A DNA stretch of 49,207 nt from Burkholderiaceae bacterium (GTDB lineage Bacteria > Patescibacteriota > Saccharimonadia > Saccharimonadales > AQU-01), in the NCBI GenBank assembly GCA_043788365.1, contig JAYVTZ010000002.1, positions 1 through 49,207 of the forward strand, in the 5' to 3' direction. Below, in pieces: positions 33,467 to 43,139 of this stretch. Under the pieces are notes generated by a model that saw nothing but the letters and a program-made list of their open reading frames with translations, did not search any database and had not been told where the DNA came from. Position numbers and translations under genes: made by a program. Each line of letters begins with the position of its first letter. Positions within the stretch are counted from its first letter, which is position 1.

Positions 33467-33856
33467 TTATTTCTTTGCTGTCGTGGTATGGGCCGGACCA
33501 CCATAATCAGGTAGGGCAACTTTTTCATTTTCACCCGCCGCAATTCTTGCCACACCCCTCTGTGCCCAATCATCGCCTTGGTTACTAACAATTGGAATAT
33601 CGAGGCCATAGGCGAGACTATTAGCAACGCTAAAACCGATTCTAAGCCCAGTAAAACTGCCAGGGCCTTTAAAAATTACCAGACCCCCTAAATTGGCTAA
33701 CTTTTGACCATGGCGACTTAGTAGTTCATCAATTTGTTTATGAATGGCCGTTGAAAGTGCCCGGCCAGCATCCCAACTAAAACTTTCGAGATAGGATGAG
33801 CCGTCATAAAGTGCCAGTTCGGATTCGGATTTATCGGTTCTGATTACTAATATCAT
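33467..33856 (-). CDS. tsaB: short TsaB-like protein (t6A biosynthesis, N-terminal domain only)
   Basis: GPGSFTGLRIG motif. Only 129 aa, which is about half the usual TsaB length. Confidence 0.7.
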   Translation of the reverse strand: MILVIRTDKSESELALYDGSSYLESFSWDAGRALSTAIHKQIDELLSRHGQKLANLGGLVIFKGPGSFTGLRIGFSVANSLAYGLDIPIVSNQGDDWAQRGVARIAAGENEKVALPDYGGPAHTTTAKK

Positions 33857-34305
33857 TTTGAATTCTCGAGGCCTGATATTAAATAACCTAGTTCTTCAGG
33901 GTAATTGATAATCAGTTCGCGACCATCGTCTGAAGTTGTGTTTATTGTTACCGACAGTCTAATTTCTGGCAAAACATCTTCTACCAACCCAGCCCATTCG
34001 ATGGCCACAACATTCGACTTGTCCGACAAGATGTCAATGAGCTCTTCTGTAATATGGCCGGCTTCTTGCAAGCGATAAAAATCAAAATGATGAAGGGTCA
34101 GCCTATCAGCATGATATACGCGACAAATCGTGAAGGTTGGACTGGTGACGTGGTCACTACTACCCATACCTTTTACTAGCCCACGTACAAAAGTTGTCTT
34201 ACCGCCACCCAAATCGCTAATCAGCTCGATCACTTCTCCGCCCTTAAGGCACTGACCGATTTTCACGGCGAAGAGCTCGGTCTCGCTTGAAGCGGTAGAT
34301 CGCAT
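33853..34305 (-). CDS. tsaE: tRNA t6A ATPase TsaE
   Basis: Walker A SDLGGGKTTFVRG, SPTFT motif, and FDFYRL. Start chosen at Met22 of the track ORF (34305); alternatives are 34329 and 34368. All of them overlap the upstream gene's 3' end. Confidence 0.8.
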   Translation of the reverse strand: MRSTASSETELFAVKIGQCLKGGEVIELISDLGGGKTTFVRGLVKGMGSSDHVTSPTFTICRVYHADRLTLHHFDFYRLQEAGHITEELIDILSDKSNVVAIEWAGLVEDVLPEIRLSVTINTTSDDGRELIINYPEELGYLISGLENSK

Positions 34306-35548
34306 TTTTAAGATCTGTCCTGTACTCATATACACTGTATAGTACCGCGAGACTACCGACTCCGGCAAGGATGACTGGGTGTAACCTACCAGCCGTCTGG
34401 CTAGTAGCCGATTGACTATTGCTTGGCTTAGAAGTTTTTGGAGCGGTGGTCTTAGCGGTCTTAGTAGTAGCTACCGCCTTCACATCCGAAGTGGCTTTGG
34501 GTTTGGTGCTAATAATTTTGGTAGCCAGGGTCTTGTTAGTAGCCTCAGCCTTCTCGCCAGTTAAAATATTTGGAGCCAGCGGGGTTGCCGTGGTCGTCCA
34601 TTGCCAACTACCATCAATTAATGCCCATGCTTCACCCTCCGGAGCAAGCGAGTAGGCACCAGTCTGACTGACCACATTACCGACTGGGTCTAATAGTCTG
34701 GCGACTCCTTCGCTGTTTGACAGAGCAAGAGGCGTATTGCCACTTTTAAAAATCGAATACGACAGCGGCGATAAAATCTGATCGGTGAAAGTCAGATTGT
34801 AGGCAAATTTACTGCCGGTCTGAAGTTTATAGCCACTAAGAATAAATGGTACTGTGTTTGGATTATAGAGCTCCACGAATTCGTCTTTATCATCAGTCAA
34901 TGGTGAAGCTGGATTTGGCAAAAGTTCAGTAATCATTGGCGCTTCGAGACCAGGGTTATTGTTTTGTGGAGGTACTGGAGATGGACTTGGTGTCGGCATA
35001 GTAACCAGGCCCGTCACCGTAAAGTCGTTTAGATTATTATCTGTGTCGATAAAATTACCAGTGGAGTCTGTTTTACGACCAAGTACTTGTCCAGAGTCAG
35101 GTGCTGGCGCTGGTAGTCCCTCGGCATGGGTCGCGTTACCCCAACCAACTAAGTCAATCACGCCATTATTGCCATCAGTTAATTCAACTTGCCCGCCCGC
35201 TTGCGCCAGGCCGTCCACCATATTCTGGCTAGCAAGATCGATACTGGCATACGCCGTGGTTGCGAATAAAATCGTTTGTAAGCTCAAAATATTGCCAACG
35301 AGTGTAGCCTTAGTCACAAACGTCGTACCCGTGCCCGATGCATACTTAAGCTTCCAGCCGTCTATTGCTATTGTCATAGCCGATACATTGGTTATTTTTA
35401 CAAACTCTGCGCTGGCATTTGTGGCACTCCCAGTCTGTAGGCTAGAAATAACTAAGCCGCTACTAGCGCTAACTTTATTGAACCAAAATTGAGTCAGTAG
35501 CATAGCAATAATTTCTATGACAGCAATAACTATTTTAAGTCTGTTCAT
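34244..35548 (-). CDS. secreted lamin-tail-domain (LTD) protein with a C-terminal TM anchor
   Basis: Signal peptide, two LTD-like modules (AEFVKITNVS and DEFVELYNPN signatures), a Thr/Lys-rich linker, and a C-terminal hydrophobic helix with a basic tail. Confidence 0.6.
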   Translation of the reverse strand: MNRLKIVIAVIEIIAMLLTQFWFNKVSASSGLVISSLQTGSATNASAEFVKITNVSAMTIAIDGWKLKYASGTGTTFVTKATLVGNILSLQTILFATTAYASIDLASQNMVDGLAQAGGQVELTDGNNGVIDLVGWGNATHAEGLPAPAPDSGQVLGRKTDSTGNFIDTDNNLNDFTVTGLVTMPTPSPSPVPPQNNNPGLEAPMITELLPNPASPLTDDKDEFVELYNPNTVPFILSGYKLQTGSKFAYNLTFTDQILSPLSYSIFKSGNTPLALSNSEGVARLLDPVGNVVSQTGAYSLAPEGEAWALIDGSWQWTTTATPLAPNILTGEKAEATNKTLATKIISTKPKATSDVKAVATTKTAKTTAPKTSKPSNSQSATSQTAGRLHPVILAGVGSLAVLYSVYEYRTDLKNAIYRFKRDRALRRENRSVP

Positions 35549-35686
35549 CTTCTATTAAATTGTGTTAGGCAGGCTCAACATAAGCAAGCATGAGCATCTT
35601 ATAATTCAGAATAAATTCATATTTTTAACGGTGTTGACTATTAATACGGGTTATTGCTATACCGCTAGTGGATACGACTTGTTATA

Positions 35687-36235
35687 ATGAAAACAACTAT
35701 GTTGCAGCTAAGTAAGTCATTGATTGATCGCCCGGTTATGAGTCTACGTACTGGCACGCAGGTAGGGACAACTGTGTCGGCAATCATAAATCCTGACAAC
35801 CTCAAGATAGAGGGTTTATACGTATTAGATGGACTGAGCAAAAATCGGCAATTGATTCTCCTCAACCAAGACATAAGAGATACAATTGCTCAGGGCATAG
35901 TCATTAACGACCATGATGTCCTAGTCGACGCATCTGATCTGGTGAGACTTAAAGAAATACTCGAAATTGGTTTTGAGCTAATCGGCAAACAAGTGGTGAC
36001 AGAGAATAAAGTAAAGCTTGGCAAAGTTAACGACTTCGCTACCGATACATCATCGATGTTTATCCAAAAACTCTATGTTACGCAGTCGATGCTTAAAAGT
36101 TTCAGTAATGGGGCGCTTAGCGTCGACCGCTCACAAATTATTGAAATAACAAATAGTAAAATAGTTATTAAAGAACCACTGCAGCCCGAACGAGCCAGCC
36201 TACGAGCTACCGTAACTTCAGCCTTAACAAGTTAA
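35687..36235 (+). CDS. PRC-barrel domain protein (two repeats)
   Basis: LIDRPVMSLRTGTQVG...IEGLYV and GKQVVTENKVKLGKVNDF... resemble YlmC/PRC-barrel repeats. An alternative start is ATG 35699. Confidence 0.45.
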   Translation: MKTTMLQLSKSLIDRPVMSLRTGTQVGTTVSAIINPDNLKIEGLYVLDGLSKNRQLILLNQDIRDTIAQGIVINDHDVLVDASDLVRLKEILEIGFELIGKQVVTENKVKLGKVNDFATDTSSMFIQKLYVTQSMLKSFSNGALSVDRSQIIEITNSKIVIKEPLQPERASLRATVTSALTS

Positions 36236-36238
36236 GTA

Positions 36239-36886
36239 ATGCGGTTATACCTTTCTTCTTACAATTGGGGTAACTGCCCTGAAAAGATTGTAGAGTTACT
36301 GGGTAGCGGTTCAAAACATGCAGCAATAATCACTAATTCAGCCGACCAATTTCCTGAAGCAGGAATCCTTGAACGTTTGAAGCAAGATCAAGAATTTTTA
36401 TCGTCAATTGGAATTACTTCTGAGCGGCTTGATCTTAGAGACTATTTTAATGATAAGCAGAACGGGTTAGCTGCAAAACTAAAACAATTTGGTTTCATAT
36501 GGGTACGAGGTGCGAATGTCTTTGTACTGAGACGCGCCATGAGACAGAGTGGCTTCGACAAACTCATAACTAAGATGCTTTCCAATGATGAGGTTTTGTA
36601 CGGTGGTTTTAGTGCCGGTGCCTGTGTCATGGGCACGACGTTACAAGGGCTAGAACTAGTCGATGATGCGTTCTTTACGCTACCTGGCTATGACTCAGAG
36701 GTTATATGGGACGGGCTAAATTTGCTGCCGTTCGCAGTCGCACCTCACTATAAATCTGACCACCCAGAAAGCCCTTTGATTGATAAAACCATAGACTATT
36801 ACGATCAAAATAATATTAATTACAAAACTCTTCGAGACGGTGAAGTATTAATTGTGGACGGAGACAAAAAGATCATCGTTGGCTAG
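36239..36886 (+). CDS. peptidase E-like (S51) / type 1 glutamine amidotransferase-like protein
   Basis: Nucleophile-elbow-like GGFSAGACV and the length and layout typical of the dipeptidase E family. Confidence 0.55.
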   Translation: MRLYLSSYNWGNCPEKIVELLGSGSKHAAIITNSADQFPEAGILERLKQDQEFLSSIGITSERLDLRDYFNDKQNGLAAKLKQFGFIWVRGANVFVLRRAMRQSGFDKLITKMLSNDEVLYGGFSAGACVMGTTLQGLELVDDAFFTLPGYDSEVIWDGLNLLPFAVAPHYKSDHPESPLIDKTIDYYDQNNINYKTLRDGEVLIVDGDKKIIVG

Positions 36887-37491
36887 TCTTCGGCTTGGTG
36901 CTTTAGGGCAATTTTGATGTCTTCGTAGTTATAGCCCTGTCGGGCGAGGTATTGCATCAATTTTAGATCATCTTGATAACGACTGATTTTACGTTTTTTG
37001 GCTACGAGCTCTTCCAAAACCTCATTCTCGTCAGTTTCGTCTTCGGACAGTGCTAGCCTGATATTATCGTCAGAAATGCGCTTGGCTCGAAGCTCTAAGC
37101 TTAATTTACGCTGAGATATGGCTTTGAGCAGGCGACGACTAGAAACCCAAGCCCGAGCAAAAGCCAAATCATCTATGTAGTTTTTATTACTTAACTTGTT
37201 AAGTATAGAATGAATGAGGGCAGGGGGGTAATCTTTGTGTTTTAGATATTGTTCAATTTCCCAACGACTGCGGCGACGGATACTAATTAAGTTTATGACT
37301 CGGTCATAAGCCTTATCCATTACAGAAGTATCTTTTAGTCCCTGTAACTGCTCTGCTGATAATTCTAGATTTAGCCTAAGACCACTGTTAAGTAATTCAC
37401 TTTCACCGAAGGAAAAGCTATAAACACCATCAACAAATATGGAATAGCGGTCTGGGCGCTTTTCTTGTTGTTTTATTTTAGTTATTTTCAC
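36883..37491 (-). CDS. recX: RecA regulator RecX
   Basis: Lies immediately downstream of recA. Helical repeats (YLKHKDYPPALIHSILNKL, YIDDLAFARAW, YLARQGYNYEDI). Start assigned to GTG 37491, 8 nt after the recA stop; the track ORF's N-terminal extension overlaps recA. Confidence 0.75.
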   Translation of the reverse strand: MKITKIKQQEKRPDRYSIFVDGVYSFSFGESELLNSGLRLNLELSAEQLQGLKDTSVMDKAYDRVINLISIRRRSRWEIEQYLKHKDYPPALIHSILNKLSNKNYIDDLAFARAWVSSRRLLKAISQRKLSLELRAKRISDDNIRLALSEDETDENEVLEELVAKKRKISRYQDDLKLMQYLARQGYNYEDIKIALKHQAED

Positions 37492-37501
37492 AATTACAAC
37501 G

Positions 37502-38545
37502 CTACTCCTCGGTAGAGGCAGCGGCGGCTTCAATAACTTGCTTGGCGATTTCGTCCATGACTTTTGGATTTTCTTCAAGGTAAGTTTTAGCGGCTTCGCG
37601 GCCTTGTGAGATTTTCTCACCCTTGTAGGAGAACCAGGCGCCAGCTTTCTCAACTATGCCCTTCTCGGTTGCAAGGTCTAGGACATCACCAGACTTTGAA
37701 ATACCCTGATTGTACATAATATCGAATTCAGCTTGCCGAAATGGTGGTGCAATCTTATTCTTTACTACTTTAACGCGGGTACGGTTGCCGATAATCTCCT
37801 CACCTGCCTTAATCTGAGCAATACGACGAATATCCATACGCACACTGGCATAGAACTTTAGGGCATTACCGCCAGTGGTAGTTTCGGGGTTGCCGAACAT
37901 AACGCCGATCTTCATACGAATTTGGTTAATGAAGATGACTGAGGCGTGTGAACGGCTAATGATACCTGTTAGTTTGCGCAGTGCCTGGCTCATAAGTCGT
38001 GCCTGTAAGCCCATATGACTATCGCCCATTTCGCCCTCAATCTCGGCGCGTGGTACTAGAGCCGCGACTGAATCGACAACAATTAGATCAACGGCGTTAC
38101 TGCGTACTAGTGTTTCGACAATTTCAAGAGCTTGCTCACCGTTATCTGGCTGTGATAATAGTAGATTCTCAACGTCAACACCAATCCGCTTGGCGTAGGC
38201 CGGGTCAAGGGCATGCTCAGCATCGATAAATGCTGCCGTGCCACCATTACGCTGAACTTCGGCAATTGCATGCAGAGTTAGAGTGGTCTTACCTGAGCTT
38301 TCAGGACCGTAAATTTCGATTACGCGGCCTTTGGGAATACCACCACCAAGCGCCAAATCAAGCGACAAACTGCCGGTAGAAATACATTCAACTTGCTGCT
38401 TATGGGCGTCGCCCATTTTCATAATTGAACCTTTGCCAAACTGCTTCTCAATCGCTTCCAAGGCTAGGCTTAAGGCCTTGCTCTTGCCGTCGCCTGACGC
38501 GCCAACATCTTCCATCTTCTTTTCTGCTTTTTTCTCTTTTGCCAT
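37502..38545 (-). CDS. recA: recombinase RecA
   Basis: Walker [11 protein letters not shown]1/L2 regions, FINQIR. Confidence 0.97.
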   Translation of the reverse strand: MAKEKKAEKKMEDVGASGDGKSKALSLALEAIEKQFGKGSIMKMGDAHKQQVECISTGSLSLDLALGGGIPKGRVIEIYGPESSGKTTLTLHAIAEVQRNGGTAAFIDAEHALDPAYAKRIGVDVENLLLSQPDNGEQALEIVETLVRSNAVDLIVVDSVAALVPRAEIEGEMGDSHMGLQARLMSQALRKLTGIISRSHASVIFINQIRMKIGVMFGNPETTTGGNALKFYASVRMDIRRIAQIKAGEEIIGNRTRVKVVKNKIAPPFRQAEFDIMYNQGISKSGDVLDLATEKGIVEKAGAWFSYKGEKISQGREAAKTYLEENPKVMDEIAKQVIEAAAASTEE

Positions 38546-38738
38546 TGGTTTACCCTCCAGGTTTAAAGTGTTTTATAAATCAAGTTAAAGTATCTTTAAC
38601 AGAACGTCCACCAGTCGTTACTTTAATTATAACCCGCATTTAAATAAATGTTTGAACTCTTCATAATTTAGTCATAGTTCATCAGAGAATTATCTTTTTA
38701 TAAAGCTAGTGCTTTTCATATATAATAAAGGTTAAATT

Positions 38739-40553
38739 ATGCGTATATCTGATGCTCTGGTGGAAAAACTGTTAAAAACGGCTGGTAAAGTTACCGACGA
38801 ACAGTTTGCGACCCTCCAAGAACAAGAGAAATCTGAGAAAAAACCACTTCAAGACCTAGCTATTAAGAACAACATTATACCTGAGAAAGACCTAACTAAA
38901 CTCTACGCTGCTGAAGCTGATGTGCCGTTTATCGAACTTAATACTAAGGAAATTAAACGTGAAGTCCTGAAGCTTATCCCTGAACGTATTGCTCGTCAGT
39001 ATAAAGTAGTCCTATTCGGCGTCGAAGACGATGGCAGCAAACAGTTGGCCATGGAAGACCCAGATGATATTCAGGCGATTAACTTCTTACAGAAACAACT
39101 TGGTACTGACCTAAAAGTACACATTGCTACCGAATCGAACATTCAGGCTGCGCTCGACCAGTACCGTGGCAATATTAGTAACGAGCTAACTAAGGTCATC
39201 TCACCAGATAGCGAACTAGCCGAAGAAGAAGAGGAAATCAGCGAAGAAGACCTGGCCGAGGATTCGCCAATCGCCCAAACCGTTAATTTGATCATTGAAT
39301 ATGGTGTGAAATCAGGTGCCAGCGATATCCATATCGAACCGAGAGAAAATTATGTACTAATCCGTTACCGTGTGGACGGGGTGCTTAGAGAGGCGAACAA
39401 ATTACCTAAGAAGGTCTTAGGAGCTCTAGTGTCGCGTATTAAGATTTTGTCTAATCTAAAGATTGATGAACGTAGATCACCTCAAGACGGACGTTTTAAG
39501 GTTGAAGTTAGTGGTGCAGTCTTTGCCCTGCGTGTTTCAACCCTGCCAATCGTCGATGGCGAAAAGGTTGTTATGCGTATTTTGAATGAATCAGCCAAGG
39601 CGGCTACGTTAGAGGAGTTGGGCTACTGGGGCATCGCACTCAAGAATGTCAACAAAGCTATAGTCCAACCTCACGGCATGATACTTGTTACCGGTCCAAC
39701 TGGTTCAGGTAAATCAACTAGTCTTTTCAGCGTACTGAGCATGCTCAACAAGCCAATGGTCAATATATCCACAGTTGAGGACCCCGTCGAATATAGAATC
39801 CCGGGTACTAATCAGACTCAAGTTAACCCAACCGCTGGCATGACCTTTGTTAATGGCTTAAGAGCTCTCCTGCGCCAAGACCCAAACATCATCATGGTTG
39901 GTGAGATTCGTGACTCAGAAACCGCTAACTTAGGTGTCCAAGCCGCCCTTACCGGTCACCTTGTCTTCTCTACTCTCCACACTAATAACGCTGCAACCTG
40001 TTTACCGCGTTTGCTCGATATGGGCATTGAACCGTTTTTGATTGCCAGCACCGTTCGAGCTATTGTTGGTCAAAGATTAGTTCGACGTCTTTGTGTCGAT
40101 TGCCGAGAAGTCTATACACCTGATGCACCAGTCCTAAAGCAAATTGCCGAAATATTCAAGACAGACGAGGCAGCCGTGATGAAACAGATCCATGCCCTTG
40201 AAGAGGAAGCCTTGGAAGGTGGTATCGGTAAAGCCAACACTTCCAAAATTAATAAAGAATCACCTGAGGAACTTAGCACTACAGAAACTAGAATCACCAA
40301 ACTGTGGCGGGTTCATGAAGGTGGTTGTGATACTTGTGGACACATGGGCTATAAGGGGCGTATGGGAATTTATGAAGTACTTGGTAGTTCGGCCAAAATA
40401 CAAGAATTAATTGTCAGCAATGCGACAAGCGAAGTCATCCAAGATCAGGCAATTAAAGACGGCATGGTAATTATGCAGATTGATGGGTTTATTAAGGCAC
40501 TGCGCGGCCAAACCACGATAGAAGAAATTCTGCGCGTAACGGCGGAGAAATAG
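38739..40553 (+). CDS. pilB: type IV pilus assembly ATPase PilB (GspE family)
   Basis: N-terminal T2SSE_N domain, Walker A GPTGSGKST, Asp/His boxes, and C-terminal tetracysteine CVDC...CDTC. Confidence 0.9.
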   Translation: MRISDALVEKLLKTAGKVTDEQFATLQEQEKSEKKPLQDLAIKNNIIPEKDLTKLYAAEADVPFIELNTKEIKREVLKLIPERIARQYKVVLFGVEDDGSKQLAMEDPDDIQAINFLQKQLGTDLKVHIATESNIQAALDQYRGNISNELTKVISPDSELAEEEEEISEEDLAEDSPIAQTVNLIIEYGVKSGASDIHIEPRENYVLIRYRVDGVLREANKLPKKVLGALVSRIKILSNLKIDERRSPQDGRFKVEVSGAVFALRVSTLPIVDGEKVVMRILNESAKAATLEELGYWGIALKNVNKAIVQPHGMILVTGPTGSGKSTSLFSVLSMLNKPMVNISTVEDPVEYRIPGTNQTQVNPTAGMTFVNGLRALLRQDPNIIMVGEIRDSETANLGVQAALTGHLVFSTLHTNNAATCLPRLLDMGIEPFLIASTVRAIVGQRLVRRLCVDCREVYTPDAPVLKQIAEIFKTDEAAVMKQIHALEEEALEGGIGKANTSKINKESPEELSTTETRITKLWRVHEGGCDTCGHMGYKGRMGIYEVLGSSAKIQELIVSNATSEVIQDQAIKDGMVIMQIDGFIKALRGQTTIEEILRVTAEK

Positions 40554-40567
40554 TATATGAGTCTAAT

Positions 40568-40646
40568 GTCGAAAGTCGAAAGTCGAAAGCTTAACACAAT
40601 TATTGTTCGAGACCAGCTTTTAGAGTTAGACTTTCAGACTTTTGAC
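40568..40646 (+). repeat. heptamer tandem repeat and its imperfect inverted copy in the pilB-pilC spacer
   Basis: GTCGAAA x3 (40568-40588). GACTTTCAGACTTTTGAC (40629-40646) is its imperfect reverse complement, so the two can form a long stem-loop. Confidence 0.7.
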
Positions 40647-40668
40647 CTAAAATCCGAAGGATTTGCAG

Positions 40669-41889
40669 ATGAAGTTTGAATATACTGCTGTTAATAAGGA
40701 TGGCAAAACTATCAATGGTACCAGCGAGAATCCGACTAAGGAGGCCTTGATTGAAACCCTAAAACACCAAGGCTACCGACCGCTAGTCGTAAAACCTGTC
40801 TCTGGTACGGCGGCATTCCGAGGTAAGTTTAACAAGAATAAGAAGGTTAGCCTGAAGGAACTAGTTGTCTTTACTAGGCAGCTTTCGACGATGGTTGGCG
40901 CCGGCGTGCCACTGATTCGAGCGCTCGCGATGTTGCAAGGACAAACCGAGAGCAAATACTTTAAGACTGTTGTTGCCGGAATCACTAAAGATGTAGAGAG
41001 TGGAATACCACTTGCCGAAGCCCTTGGTAAATATCCTAACGTCTTTTCTGAAGTATTTATTAACATGGTAGCAGCCGGTGAGGCGGGCGGTATTTTGGAC
41101 GAGATCTTGAAACGTCTTGCGACTCAAGTCGAACAAGATTCTAGTATGCGCAAGAAAATTAAAAGCGCTATGACCTACCCTGTTGCCATCCTCAGCATCA
41201 CTGTTGTAGCCTTCTTTGGCGTAATGATTTTTGTGATTCCTAAGATTGGCAAAATCTTAAGCGATCTAAGCGACGGCAAGAGTGAATTGCCAGTTTATAC
41301 TCGGGTGATGCTATCGATTAGCGCCTTCACTCAGCACAATGCTGTCGTGATGCTAGTTGTCCTATTTGGTTCTATTTATCTGATCAGACGTTACATCAGA
41401 ACTCCGGCAGGAAAATATCAATTCCATGCCTTACTACTCAAAACTCCTGTGGTTAAAACGATTATCACTAAAGTTGCGATTGCCCGCTTTTCACGCACTT
41501 TTGCGTCACTTATGACGGCGGGTGTTGGAGTGCTTGAAGCGTTGGAAGTCACCGGTGGCGCCATCGGTAATAAGGTGATTGAAGCTGAGCTTCGCGAAGC
41601 CGCCAAAGCCGTCAAGAACGGTAAGCAATTATCCGAACCGTTGGGCGAGAGTAAGCACTTCCCACCAATTGTCAGCCAGATGTTAGCCGTCGGCGAGGAA
41701 ACCGGGCAAATCGACACAATTCTAATTAAAGTTGCGGACTTCTACGAAGAAGAAGTAGCGGCAGTTATTGATAGTCTCAGCTCGATTATTGAACCTTTAA
41801 TGATTATTGTGCTCGGTGCGGTTGTAGGTCTGATTGCGGCCAGCGTCATGGGCCCAATTGCCAACCTTAGCAAAAACATTGGTACGTAA
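40669..41889 (+). CDS. pilC: type IV pilus platform protein PilC (GspF family)
   Basis: Two T2SS-F repeats with 3 TM helices. MKFEYTAVNKDGK is a typical PilC N-terminus. Start placed at ATG 40669 rather than the track's TTG 40663. Confidence 0.9.
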   Translation: MKFEYTAVNKDGKTINGTSENPTKEALIETLKHQGYRPLVVKPVSGTAAFRGKFNKNKKVSLKELVVFTRQLSTMVGAGVPLIRALAMLQGQTESKYFKTVVAGITKDVESGIPLAEALGKYPNVFSEVFINMVAAGEAGGILDEILKRLATQVEQDSSMRKKIKSAMTYPVAILSITVVAFFGVMIFVIPKIGKILSDLSDGKSELPVYTRVMLSISAFTQHNAVVMLVVLFGSIYLIRRYIRTPAGKYQFHALLLKTPVVKTIITKVAIARFSRTFASLMTAGVGVLEALEVTGGAIGNKVIEAELREAAKAVKNGKQLSEPLGESKHFPPIVSQMLAVGEETGQIDTILIKVADFYEEEVAAVIDSLSSIIEPLMIIVLGAVVGLIAASVMGPIANLSKNIGT

Positions 41890-41905
41890 AATAGGGGCGC
41901 TACAA

Positions 41906-42364
41906 ATGCCAAAATTCTTAAAACTCGGCGAATTGAACTCAAATGGTTTTACAATTGTTGAGATCGCTATAGCCTGTGTTATCTTCCCTATTATTGTTAT
42001 CGGCATCTCTAATGCCTTTATGTCGATTCGCAAAGATTACACAACCGCCAAGGAGCTCAACGAGATGTATGCCGTGCTTAGTGCTTGTCCGGAAATTGAT
42101 CGGGCACTAGAATACAACTCTCTCACTAGCGGTACAAACTGTTACCCTAATAACTCATTTAAGGCTGAGGGGGCAAGTGGCGCAACCATTACCTACACAC
42201 CAACATTAGCCGTAACAGATACGTCGTCACTAGCTAACAGTGATCCTCTAAAAACCATACCAGACTCCAAGATAATTGACATCAGTGTGCCTTATCTACA
42301 TAGTCCAGCTGCACCGCTAAAACTAAGAATCTTAATCACACGTAACGGGATTGGGCAATTATGA
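41906..42364 (+). CDS. type IV pilin-like protein (prepilin N-terminus)
   Basis: MPKFLKLGELNSNG|FTIVEIAIACVIF has the prepilin cleavage/methylation motif G-F-T-x-x-E plus a hydrophobic helix. Start at ATG 41906. Confidence 0.7.
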   Translation: MPKFLKLGELNSNGFTIVEIAIACVIFPIIVIGISNAFMSIRKDYTTAKELNEMYAVLSACPEIDRALEYNSLTSGTNCYPNNSFKAEGASGATITYTPTLAVTDTSSLANSDPLKTIPDSKIIDISVPYLHSPAAPLKLRILITRNGIGQL

Positions 42365-43137
42365 CAACTAAAAGTGAACAAGGCTTTACTCTACCGGAAC
42401 TTGTCGTCGTTATTGTATTATCTAGTTTATTTATAAGTCTAATTCTGGTTTTTAGTATCAACTACTGGCGTTACTCAGTGGCTCTGGATTCCGATATGGA
42501 AACGCTCGTGACAAGACTAAATGCCGGTGATTATATTCGTGAAAAAATCGGTGAGTCATCTGGTTTGATCGTTCAAAATAGCTTAGCCGATAATAATGTT
42601 TTAAATAAAGATCCCTTGATAGCTAGCGGACTGTACTGGAAACCAATCCATGCTATCCCGGGCAATACACCGGTTGGCAGTACGGGCACAACTACGCCTC
42701 TACTTTATTTTAGAGGCCTCAGTACCAACACATCGAGGGCCCTTATTATGAACGGTGTCCAACCTTATGAAGATGAATACGTACTCTACTTAAATGGCAC
42801 TACTAAACAACTTTTAGCTCGTTCTCTTTCCAATCCAAATACCGCTAATAATCGTCTACTCACTAGTTGCCCACCTACAATTGCTACCACCAACTGCCCA
42901 GCCGACAAAGTGATAGCAGATAATATAGCCTCAATCGATATGCGTTACTTCTCTAGAACCGGCTCACTACTAGATTGGACATCGGCTACTGATCCCATAA
43001 CCGGTGCCTATGTCGGGCCAGACTTTAGTGTCGTAGAAGTCGTCGAGTTAACCCTGAACCTAACCAAGAAAGCTACTTTCTATACGAATGATACGAAAAA
43101 TAGCACAATAATTAGAATAGCTCTAAGGAATACGTAA
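42361..43137 (+). CDS. minor pilin-like protein (PilW-like)
   Basis: MTTKSEQG|FTLPELVVVIVL prepilin motif. There is a 4-nt overlap with the upstream pilin gene. Confidence 0.7.
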   Translation: MTTKSEQGFTLPELVVVIVLSSLFISLILVFSINYWRYSVALDSDMETLVTRLNAGDYIREKIGESSGLIVQNSLADNNVLNKDPLIASGLYWKPIHAIPGNTPVGSTGTTTPLLYFRGLSTNTSRALIMNGVQPYEDEYVLYLNGTTKQLLARSLSNPNTANNRLLTSCPPTIATTNCPADKVIADNIASIDMRYFSRTGSLLDWTSATDPITGAYVGPDFSVVEVVELTLNLTKKATFYTNDTKNSTIIRIALRNT

Positions 43138-43139
43138 AC

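Noticed and set aside
38606-38626. A possible LexA/Cheo-type SOS box upstream of recA (GAACGTCCACCAGTCGTTAC).
   Set aside because: The inverted repeat is weak (GAACG...CGTTA with 9-nt spacing) and does not match the GAAC-N4-GTTC geometry. No lexA gene is in the window to support it.
32806-38643. Numerous antisense track ORFs inside rny, the LTD gene, recA and others (for example 33028..33327, 34959..35492, 37999..38229, 38331..38588).
   Set aside because: They lie opposite strongly supported conserved genes, have low-complexity translations, and lack RBSs and motifs. They are typical shadow ORFs.
40557-40679. A 40-aa ORF (MSLMSKVESRKLNT...) in the pilB-pilC spacer.
   Set aside because: It has no RBS and overlaps the pilC start. 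Its sequence is dominated by the heptamer repeat and its inverted copy, so an RNA structure is the more economical explanation.
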